DNA of 64,000 nucleotides, from contig NC_135762.1 in assembly GCF_052425735.1 (NCBI RefSeq), positions 27,094,001-27,158,000 of the forward strand. Reading direction: 5' to 3'. Shown here one piece after another: positions 23,803-35,000 of the stretch. Position 1 is the first letter of the stretch. The number at the start of each line of letters is the position of its first letter. The notes under the pieces were generated by a model that saw nothing but the letters and a program-made list of their open reading frames with translations, was not told the DNA's origin and did not search any database. The position numbers and the translations under genes were made by a program. Source of the DNA: Oculina patagonica (taxonomy: Eukaryota).

Positions 23803-26800
23803 AAGGCTAGTAAAAATGCAGTTTTGGCTAGTAGGTTTTGGACTTTCACTAGCCAAAATGGCTAGTGAAAATTTCAGGCATTGGGCAGTTCCAGAAAATA
23901 TCCATACACCACGACAGATGGCTTTTTGGAATTCCGAGGGCAAGGGGGGGTTCTTTGAACTGGAATTCCGAGGGCATGGGGGGATACTAACGATTGGAAT
24001 TCCGAAGGCATGGGAGGTCCAGATCTTGGATTTCCAGAGGAGACAGACAAAAGTGTGTTCCTTGAAATGCTAATTTTGTGGATTACTCATTTGCAAATAA
24101 AGCACGAACTGACGACCGCGTCCCAGAAGCAGGATACAAGAAGATACAAGACAAGTATCGATCGATCAGGCGTGTGTTTACGTTCATTTACAAAAGAAAA
24201 CCAATAAAATGTGGGTTGTACATCAAGCTCCAGAGGCCTTAACGTTGATGAATGTCTTCATTCACTCTTTTCTTGTCAAAGCGGATCCACAACATATTCA
24301 GCACATTCAGTGGAGCGCGAAACTATTTTGCCACGCTTCGAGACGCCATTTTGAAGCACGTGGGTTGGGAGCGACTGCTGATACTGAAGGCTCAAATTCA
24401 AGATGGCGGATATGTCAGTGCACTCGATCATATTATCTTCCGAAAGTACACACGTACATAACACGATATTGTTATTTTAATGTTCTTTACCAGTTTGGGG
24501 CAATGTAAATTTAATGTAGGTTGTACCTGTTGAACAAGAGTAAGGAGAAAACTCTTTTTTTACATTTTCATCCCAGCCTCTGTTACAGATCGAGTCATTT
24601 TAAATAATTTGATGTAAAAATTATACGCCAAATTGGGCATATTTTGCGAACCCTGCCGGGAATTGTAAAGGACTTTTAAAAAGAAAAAAGGAAAAATCCG
24701 AACGGGAGGGGGGGTTAAGGATTATGGAATTCCGAGGGCATGGGGGGGGGGGGTAACGCATTTTGGAATTTCCGAAGGCAAGGGGGGGGGGTTAAAATAT
24801 TGAAGCCGTCCGTCGTGATGTATGGATATTTTCTGGAATTGCCCATTAGTGCAAAATAACTACATTTATCAAAATCGTCTCTGAGAGAATAGAACTAAGA
24901 AGTAAACTGTTGACATAATAAAAAATGTGTACACCCTGAGGTATTAAAAAGCGAAGAAACCGCTGCAGTAACGTTTTTCAGAGATCTTCAGATGCCTTTT
25001 TCATGAGGAAGGCGGCAAATAATGGGAAATTGTTTCTGCTAAAATCATTGAAGCATAACTTCACCATAACATTGATTGGCGATGATGGCCGCAGGGCCCG
25101 AAATTGCAACTCACTGGTCGCCAATGCGACTAACGCTTCATCCTTGGCGACTTAAAATTCGGGTTCAGTCGCCAAAATGGCGATTACCGGTACATCTCTC
25201 TGTGTTGACCTTTCTCAGACATTTGGTCCTTTCAGAAAATTAAATTGGAAGATCTTTGCTTCTAAGACATTCAAACAGAGAAAAGAAGTTGATCCATCAT
25301 TTTTCTTTTCAAGACGTAAAAGATTCTCAAACTTCCGAAAACTTGCCGTGTTAAAAATCGCCCTATAATGCATTGCAAACCCTTGAGTATTGACTACGTC
25401 AGGTATGCCTATGGATTGTGTCTCATATTTACATCGCTATCCGCCATGTTGATTCCTTCGACGTTCCTCACGGTTCCTTACGTTTGCCACAAAGTTAGTA
25501 CTTGTTTTAAACCTTGTGATAAGATTATTTTGTTTTTCAGTCCTTTGTATTCAGTTCTTTTTTGGATAAAATTCCTACAAATGATTTTAAACACTTTTAA
25601 ACTAGTCCCTATTTGATTTTACAATCTGGCGACTAAAAAATTGCATTTGATGACTATTTTTAAGAAGGATTTCTTTTGATGACTTCTATTATGTGACGCA
25701 CATGTGATTGGAAGCAACACAATTTAGTATAATTTGACAGGACGTGCATGTTATGGACATCCGGGGGTATTTATCGATATTTAGTGCAGGTGGAGCAAGG
25801 CAAACAAAAACAAAAAAACACCCCCTGGGGCTTTCCCTTTACTACAAGTAACGTTAATAAACTGATGAAGAAAAAACAGTTTACTCACCTGATGTGGGTC
25901 AAAATTGAAGAGGCATGTCCCCTCGTCTAACAACATATAAAGCTCCTTGAAGGAGATCTTACCCTAGAATACAAGAATACAGTTAATTTCTTTTAACTCG
26001 AACCTGTGATAACTTGAACTTTCTGCTAACTTTAACCTTTTTCGGTTCCCTTTCAGGACATTTTCTTACTAATTTTGCCCTATATAACTAGAACCCTCGG
26101 TACCTAAAGAACAGCTTAAAAAACATTTTGCCAGCAATGGACAACAAAACTAAAAAACTCTCTAAAAATGGACCATCATCACACCTTTTTGAAGTTACCA
26201 TTTTTTGGTTGTTTTTTGGGTGATTTGGACATATCTACAAATCTGTAGATTAAAATGTGGTTATAATAATGAAAATAGGCATTCTTTGGAATAATATCTT
26301 GTCATTTGTAGATCTATGAAAAGAAGTTTTGAACAAGACTGCTTAGAACTGGGTGTGCCAGATTGGACTCTTTTAAGGTATCTTGGAGACCTTAAGGGCC
26401 AATTAACACCATGCGACTTTCTTGCACGCGACAAGCTTACGACAGGCCTACAACATGACTTAGGACCACTTACACACATGCATCTCTGTCGTAAAGATGT
26501 GGTAGCTTGATTTACATGTACAGGACGTGATTCCTGTTGTTGTGGCGTAAGCATGTAATATGCACTTATTTTTGGCAAAGTCATACCATCCAATCCACCC
26601 CAAAGTGAACCATTTCATGCTGGAATGTCATGCAGATTCAATGCTGAACACAGTTTTAGTTTTGGAGATATCTTTTGTAGCAAAGTGATTATTTCAAGAC
26701 TTTTTTATTACCATTAGTTGTACACTGTACTTTAAGAAACAAGACAAAAGTTACATGTACCTTATGTTTCCTGTTATAAGCTGTGGCATAACCCCAAGTG

Positions 26801-27936
26801 GCTTTTGAAAGGCTGAAAGAATAAATAAAGAGACTTGATTAGCTTTCTGTTGGAAAGAATTATTCATTTTCCTACTGTGTCTCATTTATTATTCATGAAT
26901 ATAATTTTTAATTCTCCAGACTCTTGGTTACCAAGAAATTCCAACAAAAACAGGCAAATTAACAAGGTTCATAATTGTGCCAATTAGAAAATAACCTTTT
27001 GCAAGAAGTAAGATAGTAAGCCCATACTAAGTGTTTAACCAATGCTTACACTGTATGAAAGAAGCCAACTTTTTCCAGGTCAAATGCATCAGACTCACAC
27101 AGTGGGACACAACAACGTCTGAAGATTTCCCAAGACTCTCGAAGAAGTGTTTCAAAGATTCTTATGTTTGAAATTGGATGCGAAACAACCTTATCCCTAG
27201 GTATTTACTCTCAATAATTGAGAATTTTCAAAAACTGACCTTGATTTACATGTAAGAAATATATTTTTCTCCAAAGTGTCAGAATCAAATTTATATTATT
27301 TTTCTCAGAAATGGCTTATATGCATTTCACAAGCTCAAATGTGTGAGCTGGGCATGAAAAATTGGACTGTGTACGTGAGTTGGGCAGAAATCGGAAGTTT
27401 CAGATGGCTCACTTTCGTGTTGTACGTGAGGGATGACAGGTCTAAATTGTTCAATGTTGACCCATCTCTTTGTACATGTCATGGCAAACCAAATTTTGGT
27501 TGTCCGCATAAATGCCACAGGAGAAAAACAGGAAAATATTGTTTTAAAATGCATGGATGCCTAAGAATTGTAGTGCCTGGTGCTTAAACAAACAGACTTC
27601 ACTTACATTAATTAACATAAGCTTAACATGACACATTAGGGCTTGAATAGTAATACAGTTTCAATTAAAATGTCTGAAGCAGCCGCAACGCGCCTTTCAA
27701 GAAGAAAAGCAAATATCAAAGGAAAGGAAATGAAGTATGTAGTACCTTTGCCACAGGAGTTCATTGTCAGCTAGATGTTTCCAAACGCAGGCAGCGAGAC
27801 ATAGATCTGTCGCGTTTAAGTGTGAAAGAACACTCACGGCGACCTCTGGAGGAAAGTTACTCAGATCTGGAAATGTTTCCAGCTGGAGATTTCGGCTTCT
27901 GCGACTCCGAGGGACTATAGACTGCAGTTGGCCCAT
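19167..27936 (-). CDS. FBXO8: F-box only protein 8 (F-box + Sec7-like domain), 7 exons, ~294 aa
   Basis: Exons (minus): 27936-27746, 26812-26761, 25963-25889, 23149-23031, 20835-20767, 20602-20487, 19429-19167. All GT-AG and in frame. The segments FPPEVAVSVLSHLNATDLCLAACVW, LLDEG..FNFDP, RGEFL..KFS.RFC..NP and SLILLSVDLSSPHVKNKMSKREF..LYDNVYLEGHIA match FBXO8. Confidence 0.95.
19871..19952 (+). repeat. (TATC)n microsatellite, possibly the 3' tail of a truncated non-LTR element
   Basis: About 20 perfect TATC units directly after AATAAAG. Confidence 0.9.
20035..20376 (+). repeat. Compound (CAGT)n/(CAGA)n/(GGCA)n microsatellite
   Basis: Directly visible tetranucleotide arrays. A ~100-bp direct repeat (19573-19670 vs 19952-20050) leads into them. 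Confidence 0.9.
20940..21720 (+). mobile_element. RTE-clade LINE fragment (RT C-terminal region), interrupted by a MITE
   Basis: Translates FKSNITAILLYGCGTWRMTKADANRLDTFLRKCLRRMLQVYWP (LLYGxETW motif) and resumes after 21695 with a RWWR*IG-like stretch (degenerate RRWRWIG). Confidence 0.75.
21154..21689. mobile_element. Non-autonomous TIR element with GAGGG termini and 6-bp TSD
   Basis: ATACAG|GAGGGGGGCGTAAG ... CTTACGCCCCCTT|ATACAG; internal TGCGGT repeats. Confidence 0.7.
21937..22099. mobile_element. Tc1/mariner-type MITE (TA TSD)
   Basis: TA|CAGTTGAATCCCGATAACTTGAACC ... GGTTCAAGTTATCGGGATTCAACTG|TA. Confidence 0.8.
23883..24844. mobile_element. TIR element with 3-bp TSD nested in a CAGGG-terminated DNA transposon remnant starting at 23770
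   Basis: ATT|GGGCAGTTCCAGAAAATATCCATAC ... GTATGGATATTTTCTGGAATTGCCC|ATT; subterminal GGAATTCCGAGGGCA repeats at both ends. Confidence 0.75.
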
Positions 27937-29060
27937 GCGATCAGAACTACATAATCCTGTATCGAGACTTGGCCGATGGCTCGGGATTCTGAAGAACCCG
28001 TCGTGCCGTTTTCACAGAACGAACACTTTAAATTTTAAAAGTACATCTTGCTGTACTCAGCCAAAACCCATCTTGTTTTGATCACAACAAATGACATCGT
28101 GCAGTGTGACGTGGCTACGCAAGTGCGCGTGCTCAATATGTAAGACTGCTGGTTGGTATGCTCGCCTCATTGAAAAAACAAATCATTTCTGAAAATATCT
28201 CAGAAATCTCTAAAATAAGATCAGCTGGCCAGGCAATATTTTTGATCTAGAAATATTAGCTCTTTTACAGCTTACCTTCTTGTGATGGAAAAATAATTTG
28301 TATTGCATGTAATTTTTTTGCGTCAATAATAATGCATGAATAAAAAGGCTGCTCGCATTGCGAATTGCATATAAAACTTTAGCTGGAAATGCAACTTTAA
28401 TTTAGTTATCCACATTTGGACCCCCAAAATATAACAGTTATTGGAAAAAAAATATTATGATATCTGGTGACGTAGAAAATACCAATGATATATTTTTAAA
28501 TGATCAGATCTAGACAGTTGAACTACTAATGATGGGATTCGAAAAACAATAGAAGAAGACTTTTGTATAAAATTTATTTTTTTTAATTGGCCAGTAAGTG
28601 CTATTTCAAATTCAAAAAGACAAATGTATTTACTAAACTTTTCAACTACTAAAATTGAATTTAAAATTCCTAACCACTTAGATTAAATCCCATTTTACTC
28701 CACAAGAAATAAAATAAGTAATAAAAAAACCTTTTTATATTACTTTTTTAATGATTATCATTATTACTTCCTTTGAAATTTTACAGAACCAGCTTGGCCC
28801 TTTTTTAGTGAATATTTAACTTTTTTCTTCAATGATATCGATTGAAAAGTAAATTCTCTTTAGGTCGTAAAATAAACAGAGGCAAATTTGAAAGTCACGC
28901 ATGCGTTCTTGCGCGGTTGTCAGGACGCTGTCTTTGAACCCGCGAACAGTCAATTAGCAGTAACGGTTTTCCTCTGAAGATGAATTTTTTACAAAAATAT
29001 CCATGATTTCGGTCGAAAATTTAAAAGAGCTGAATAGAGTAGTCATTGGAGTGTCCAAAA
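27937..29060. promoter_or_regulatory. Divergent (bidirectional) promoter region of FBXO8 and CEP135
   Basis: The ATGs are ~1.1 kb apart on opposite strands. There are CpG-containing patches near each end: TGACGTGG (28107) and GTGCGCGTGC (28123) near FBXO8, and the palindrome ACGCATGCGT (28897-28906, NRF1-like) near CEP135, separated by an AT-rich core. Confidence 0.55.
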
Positions 29061-32000
29061 ATGACGGAACGAAAATTCACTACGCTCAGGAAGCGCTTAG
29101 ATCAGCTTGGTTACAGACAAGCTCTTGGAATCGAATCTGTGCCTCTTGTGGAGAAGCTGTTTAGCGATCTTGTTCACACAACAGAAAGCTTAAAAAATCT
29201 TAAACTTCAAGTAGGCAAGCAGGAGAAAGAAAGGACAGTTTACGAGGATAATGTGGAACCGTACAGAAGCGATAATGCAAAGCTGGTTAAAGAAAACAAC
29301 GAGCTTCATTTACAGCTTATAAAACTACGAGAAGAAACTGACCAAATAATCAGGGATCTTAAAACCAGCGTTCGAAAGCTAGAGCACGAAAATGCAGACC
29401 TGAAATTTCTAAATACACAATATGTACATAAAGTTAAAGCTTTGGAGAAGGAAAACAAAGCAAAAACCGACAGAATACAGGACTTGCAGGAGAAAAATAT
29501 GCATGCTGTCGTGGAAACTCCAGGCGGCCGAAGGAAGCAAATACCGCTCCGTCGTCAGCGAATGGATATCGAAAGCACAGTTTCTCCTGCTCGGGATCTG
29601 ACCGGCAAAACAGATGATTTGCAAGATCCTTATGTCGCCGACTTGTTAAGTGTGGCTGATACTAGAATAGAAGAATTACAGGTTCAAGTGTCGCAACTTC
29701 AGGATGAAAAGTCGAGTATTGAAAGACGAAACAAAAGTCTGCGAAAACAGGTAAATTCTCGAGTAACTTCCGGTAAAATTGCAGCAATTGAAATCCAAAA
29801 TAATAATAAAATACTGTCATCTAGAGGTAAAATAAGCTTAATATTGCCACATTTTTAGACCTTTATTGTTCCTTTATCCACAATTTCTGTCCTTAACTAA
29901 TAATTTTTGTAAGCATAATTATTTTCATTTGTATATATTTTTATCAAAGCCTTTTCAATGCAAGTTGTAAATTGAATTGCCACTATCTTGCTAGAAGTTA
30001 CACCTTTTCAATGCGTGGTTGTGTTACATTATAATTTCAGATTCTACATTTATTTTTGCTCGCCATTAGCAATATAAACCAGAATCATCCATAACATTGT
30101 AAGCCAACTTTAATTAAAATTTTCCTTTTTGACAGTTTCCCAATCAAAATGATCATAATTTTTTTTGCTGATAAATAAAGCAAGTTGAAATTTATCTTAA
30201 TTGAAAGCTTACTTAAGGTCACCTGCAATTTTGTTCCAAAATTAATTATATCTGCTCATCTCAGATAGGTGCTTGAAGGAAATATTTACATAGCACAGTG
30301 TGTAATTTTCAAATGAATATGTTAGGGCTATATAGGTGGCAAAAAATTATGCATGCAGAATATGACAGAGGTTAATAATACAACACTTATCAATATGTAT
30401 TATTTTAATTTTGAAGAAATTTATAAGCCAGAAAACTCATGTGAAAAAGCTGGAAATCTCACATGAATTACATGTAACCAGAGCTAGCTACAATTGTATA
30501 TAAAAAAAATTTACCTGCTTGAAAATCCCTGCCTGGTCCATGAAAAATACATTATACTGTATTTAGCATTTTTATTACATATTGGCTTGGTGTATGCATT
30601 TACTTTAATCAAAGGGATGCATGGAAAACATATATTTTTAGAGTTCAAAAACTTCCAAGTTTTAATATCATAAACTCAACACTGATTCATTAGAAAATAA
30701 AATACAATGCAATAAAAAAGGTTTGTGAGTTGTAGGGGATTCGTTATGGAAAATGGAAATGGACAACATCTTGTCCTAGTGACTCAAAATATCAGAAAAT
30801 GGCACTTTAGAGAGTCAAAATCTAAAAATGTTCCCTGGGGGAGCATGTCCTAATCCCCTGTCCTAGAGGAACATGCCTTTAGAGCTTGTGTTATTGTAGG
30901 CAGTCACCATTTTCCCTGGACCTGCATGCGCATGGTAAAGGCTGTTGAATTACTGATCAAATTTACCCTTAACATGTATGTGGCACATCTAAAGGCAACT
31001 GGCAATTTAGCAGAAGAAAAGATAAATGCAATGACAGTGCTCAGTATTGTTCCTAAGATAAACAATTTGGAATGCCTTATTACAGTAACTCTAATTATTT
31101 AGTGCCCATTATTAATAACCTAATTTTTATTTCAATAATTATTATTGGTAATAAAAATTGCCTTCTTAGGTGGAGACTCGTGACAAAGAAATTGAAAGAC
31201 TGAACAGGCTTTTGGATGGTGGTCGGCCTGTCGAGGCAGTCCTTAGAGAGGGCAAGAAAGACAGTAGTGAAAGAGTTGTTGCACACCTTAATGTTCAGGT
31301 AATAATTATTATACACAAACTTAAGTCATATCTTTGCCCTCCCCTCTCGCTGTCTCTTGTAGGAGGCACAGTGGCCTTATGGTTAGTGCACTGGATTCCA
31401 GATCAAGTGGTATGGGTTAGAGTCCTGGCCTAATGGTTAGCGCGCTCGACTCCGAGTCGAACGGCCCGGGTTCGAGGCCTGGCAGGGGCGCTGCGTTGTG
31501 TTCTTGGGCAAGGCACTTTACTCTCACAGTGCCTCTCTCCACCCAGGTGTATAAATGGGTACCGGCGAATTTACTGCTGGGGGGTAACCCTGCGATGGAC
31601 TAGCATCCCATCCAGGGGGGAGTAGCAATACTCCTAGTCGCTTAATGCTACAGAAACCGGGATAAGCTCCGGCTGTATGAGCCTCATGGCCCGGACACAG
31701 ACTTTACCTAGGAGATTGAATTGTATTCTTAGGCAAGTGAATCAGCAAATTTAATGCTGGGGGTAACCCTGCAATTGACTAGCATCCCATCCAGGGAGGA
31801 GTACATGTAGAATTACTCCTAGTCACTGAGCAACAAGCACCCACAACAAGCACCGATCATTCTGAGCAGAAACCTTATTTTGCGAGCACTGCACAATTTT
31901 GAGGGACCATTCATGACCCCTGATTTTTTTGATTGATTTGGCAGGTGGATTATCTGCAACAAGCCAATCACGATTTAGAAAAGCAATTAAAGGATACAAT

Positions 32001-35000
32001 AGACCAGCAAGTTGACGCCACTAGGCGAGCCAACGACCTTGAAGCTAAGAATGCCGAACTCCTTCTAGAGCTTAAAGATATCAACAGACTGTCCAAACAG
32101 GTGGAAGAGGATAAGGAGAGGGATGTCAATATTGTGCGATCAGAGTTGGTAGAGTCTAAGGTTTGGCTGAGTGTAAATGCTCCTTGAATTAATGAATGCT
32201 GCCAACATGTAGATTCTCCCCTTTTTCCTGCACCACAAATGTTTCTTCTAGGATCCTCATGAGTTCTTGCATACTGATGGATCAACAGTAGTGTTTTTTT
32301 TTTTGTAATTCACATACAGGCCATACACAATGTACTTTACTTGCTGTTTGTTTTCTAAACTTCTTGGCAATCAAAAATGTTAATTACCACAGACCATTAC
32401 TATTCATAAAACTCGCATACACGTAAGCTAAGTGCCCTTAAAAACAAAACTGTCTTAACAATAAAGTATTTTTTCGTTTGTCATATGACGTAGTCACGTG
32501 TGATGGAGATCGCGACGTTTCGACTGCACACTGCTAGTCTTCATCAGGCGATAAAGTCGACTGGTTGTGTGTGAACTTATAAAGCACGCTGCTGCACTGT
32601 GATTGGTTGGTTTTGAACAGCTGTGATTGGTGCATTTCGATCTTCGCTGTTTCTGTGTCCTGTTGTTCCCTCAGCGGTCCGCTGTCGCACAGTTATCCTG
32701 TTGTTGTGTTTTTTTATCGTGGGCATCCATGCTTCAGGAATTTCAATTCCATTATCCCTGTTGATATTATCGCCTGATGAAGACTAGCAGTGTGCAGTCG
32801 AAATGTCGCGATCTCCATCACACGTGACTACGTCGTGAGACAAACGAAAAAATACTTTATTATTGTACTCTACCACGATGAGTAACCACAACATTTTTTG
32901 CGATATTAAAACTGTCTTAACTGGTGAAGGTCATTTGCTTTTGGCAATGTTGTAAAGATTGCTTTTTAGAGTATTTCTTGTTGATATATACGGAACATGA
33001 TCTTCCAACCCTCCCCTCTTCTCAGCCTTTTATCCTAGTGACCCTTCACCCTCCCCTCCCTCTCCTCCCATGCCCATGCACGGTGCCACAGGATGACCAG
33101 TAAGAATGGCAGACTCAGCCATTGCACCCTTACCCTCCTCACTGCTCTCTGTGCATGCTTCCACCCTCCCCCCCCCCAGCCCTACCCTCTATTTCTACAA
33201 TGCCAATCTTCACCAGCCCCTCCTCAGTCGGGGGAATAAGTGCCAGTTTTGGCAAATCTTCCTTGAAGCACTCGATGTATTTCCGAATTATTTCATCCAA
33301 TCAAAAACTAGCGCAAGTGCTCACAAGTACTTCGAAAGCAATCGCACGTACAAATACGTCATGTTGCTTAGCAACTCCTGGGGCGAAAGCTGCGGGCTCA
33401 GTCACTTCTCCGAGAAGTGATGTCGCCATCAACTGGTACTTGTTCCCTCGACTGTCCTAGCAAGTAAGCAGTATGGGTGAACTACATGTACTGACAAAAA
33501 AGTGAAACCACAAGAATTTTTGACCCATGCTCACCTCAGGCTTCCCAGTTAATGATGATTAAGCAGAAGTAATTTATTTTTTATTTTAAGGCTGTGCTAA
33601 AAAATCTTCAACATCAAGAAGGTGTCCACAGAACTGAAATACAGGAGCTTAGAAAGGTGGGTACAATTTCGATAGTAAGAACATTACAAAGGTAGAAAGA
33701 ACAGGTAGACACAGATTGGCGGTTTGCACTAAAATAACTGTAATGTCTAGCCAACAGATTAACATATCTGAATCAAGTAAAATAATTGCTTGAAAAGCAT
33801 GTGTTTAACTGAGTTGGAAAAAGACCATAAAATGCTGAGTTATAAGCCCCACTTTCAGCTTATAAGACACCCCCCCCCCCCCCCCCCTCCCGGATATAGG
33901 CCCGCCCATCCAACTTTTCTATATCAACTTACTAACGTCCTCACAGAACATTTAAGTGTTCAAATGGAAATGGGTAATGAATGAGTTTGCAAGTAAAGGT
34001 GCAAATCAAAACGCTTCTAAATCAGAATGGCGTTCTTACAATATAACGCCTACAAGCCCCTCCGTCTGGATATAAGCTCCCCCAGTTATAAGCCCGCTCA
34101 AATCCCCTTGCTTACGAGGTTGTATAAACCTAGAGTTAATAACCGACATTTTACGGTATACATGTATAGAGCATTTTTTTAAAGGGACACTGTCACCAGT
34201 TTCACTTCAAAAACTCAAGAGCCTAAAGACAAATGGAAACTACGAATAGTGGTCCAATTTTGGTACAAATCACCATGCAAGTGTACCAAAGCGATAAATA
34301 AGTAATATTATTGTGATGCCATCAGAAACGTTTGATCGCAACTTGAAAAACTCAGGCTGATTTTTTCAAGTTTTGTCCTTGTGGACTGAATTTTAGTACT
34401 TTTTACCGAAAAGTATTAAAATCCCCGTGACAGTGCCCCTTTAAGGATCGAAAAACCAAAAACCGAAGAACTCATTCAGGCCCGAATCACAAAGGACACA
34501 GACAATTTAATTAGTGAATCAATGAAAACTTGAAGCAAATACATGTAGCCGTCGTAAAGCGCGGGAAAACGTGTGTGAGCAAGTCACGATTGGTTTTGGT
34601 ATTGGTTTTGATTGGTCGAAAAAGTATAGGGCGCGATTTTTAAACCAATTACAGAGCGTACTTTCGACATCTGAAATCATAAAGTATGGTGAATCTACAA
34701 GTGCACTATCTTTGATTCTAGGAGCGTCAGCGTCTTATGGAAGAAAACGAGCGTCTGGCTGTGATAACAGATAACGCCGAACATGATGTTAGACATGTCA
34801 CGGAATTACTGGATAAATCAGACAAAGAGAGGAAACGTTTGTCCGACAGGAACGCACAGCTCACTATAAACGGTATGTACTATGGTTTCAGTCCTTTTCT
34901 TTTCTTCTTTTGGTAGTGGGAGGGGATGGGGGGGGGGGGTACAAATGTACTTCCAAGAAACTGTTTATTGAGCTAGAGTTGCATGTTAACCCCAGTAGGA

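Larger units (their letters stand above)
32460..32907 (-). mobile_element. 5'-truncated Penelope-like retroelement with inverted pseudo-LTR
   Basis: 14-bp direct repeat AAAACTGTCTTAAC at 32446-32459 and 32908-32921. ~95-bp inverted repeats at 32460-32554 and 32767-32861. The minus-strand centre encodes NINRDNGIEIPEAWMPTIKKH, typical of the C-terminus of the Penelope GIY-YIG endonuclease. Confidence 0.85.
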
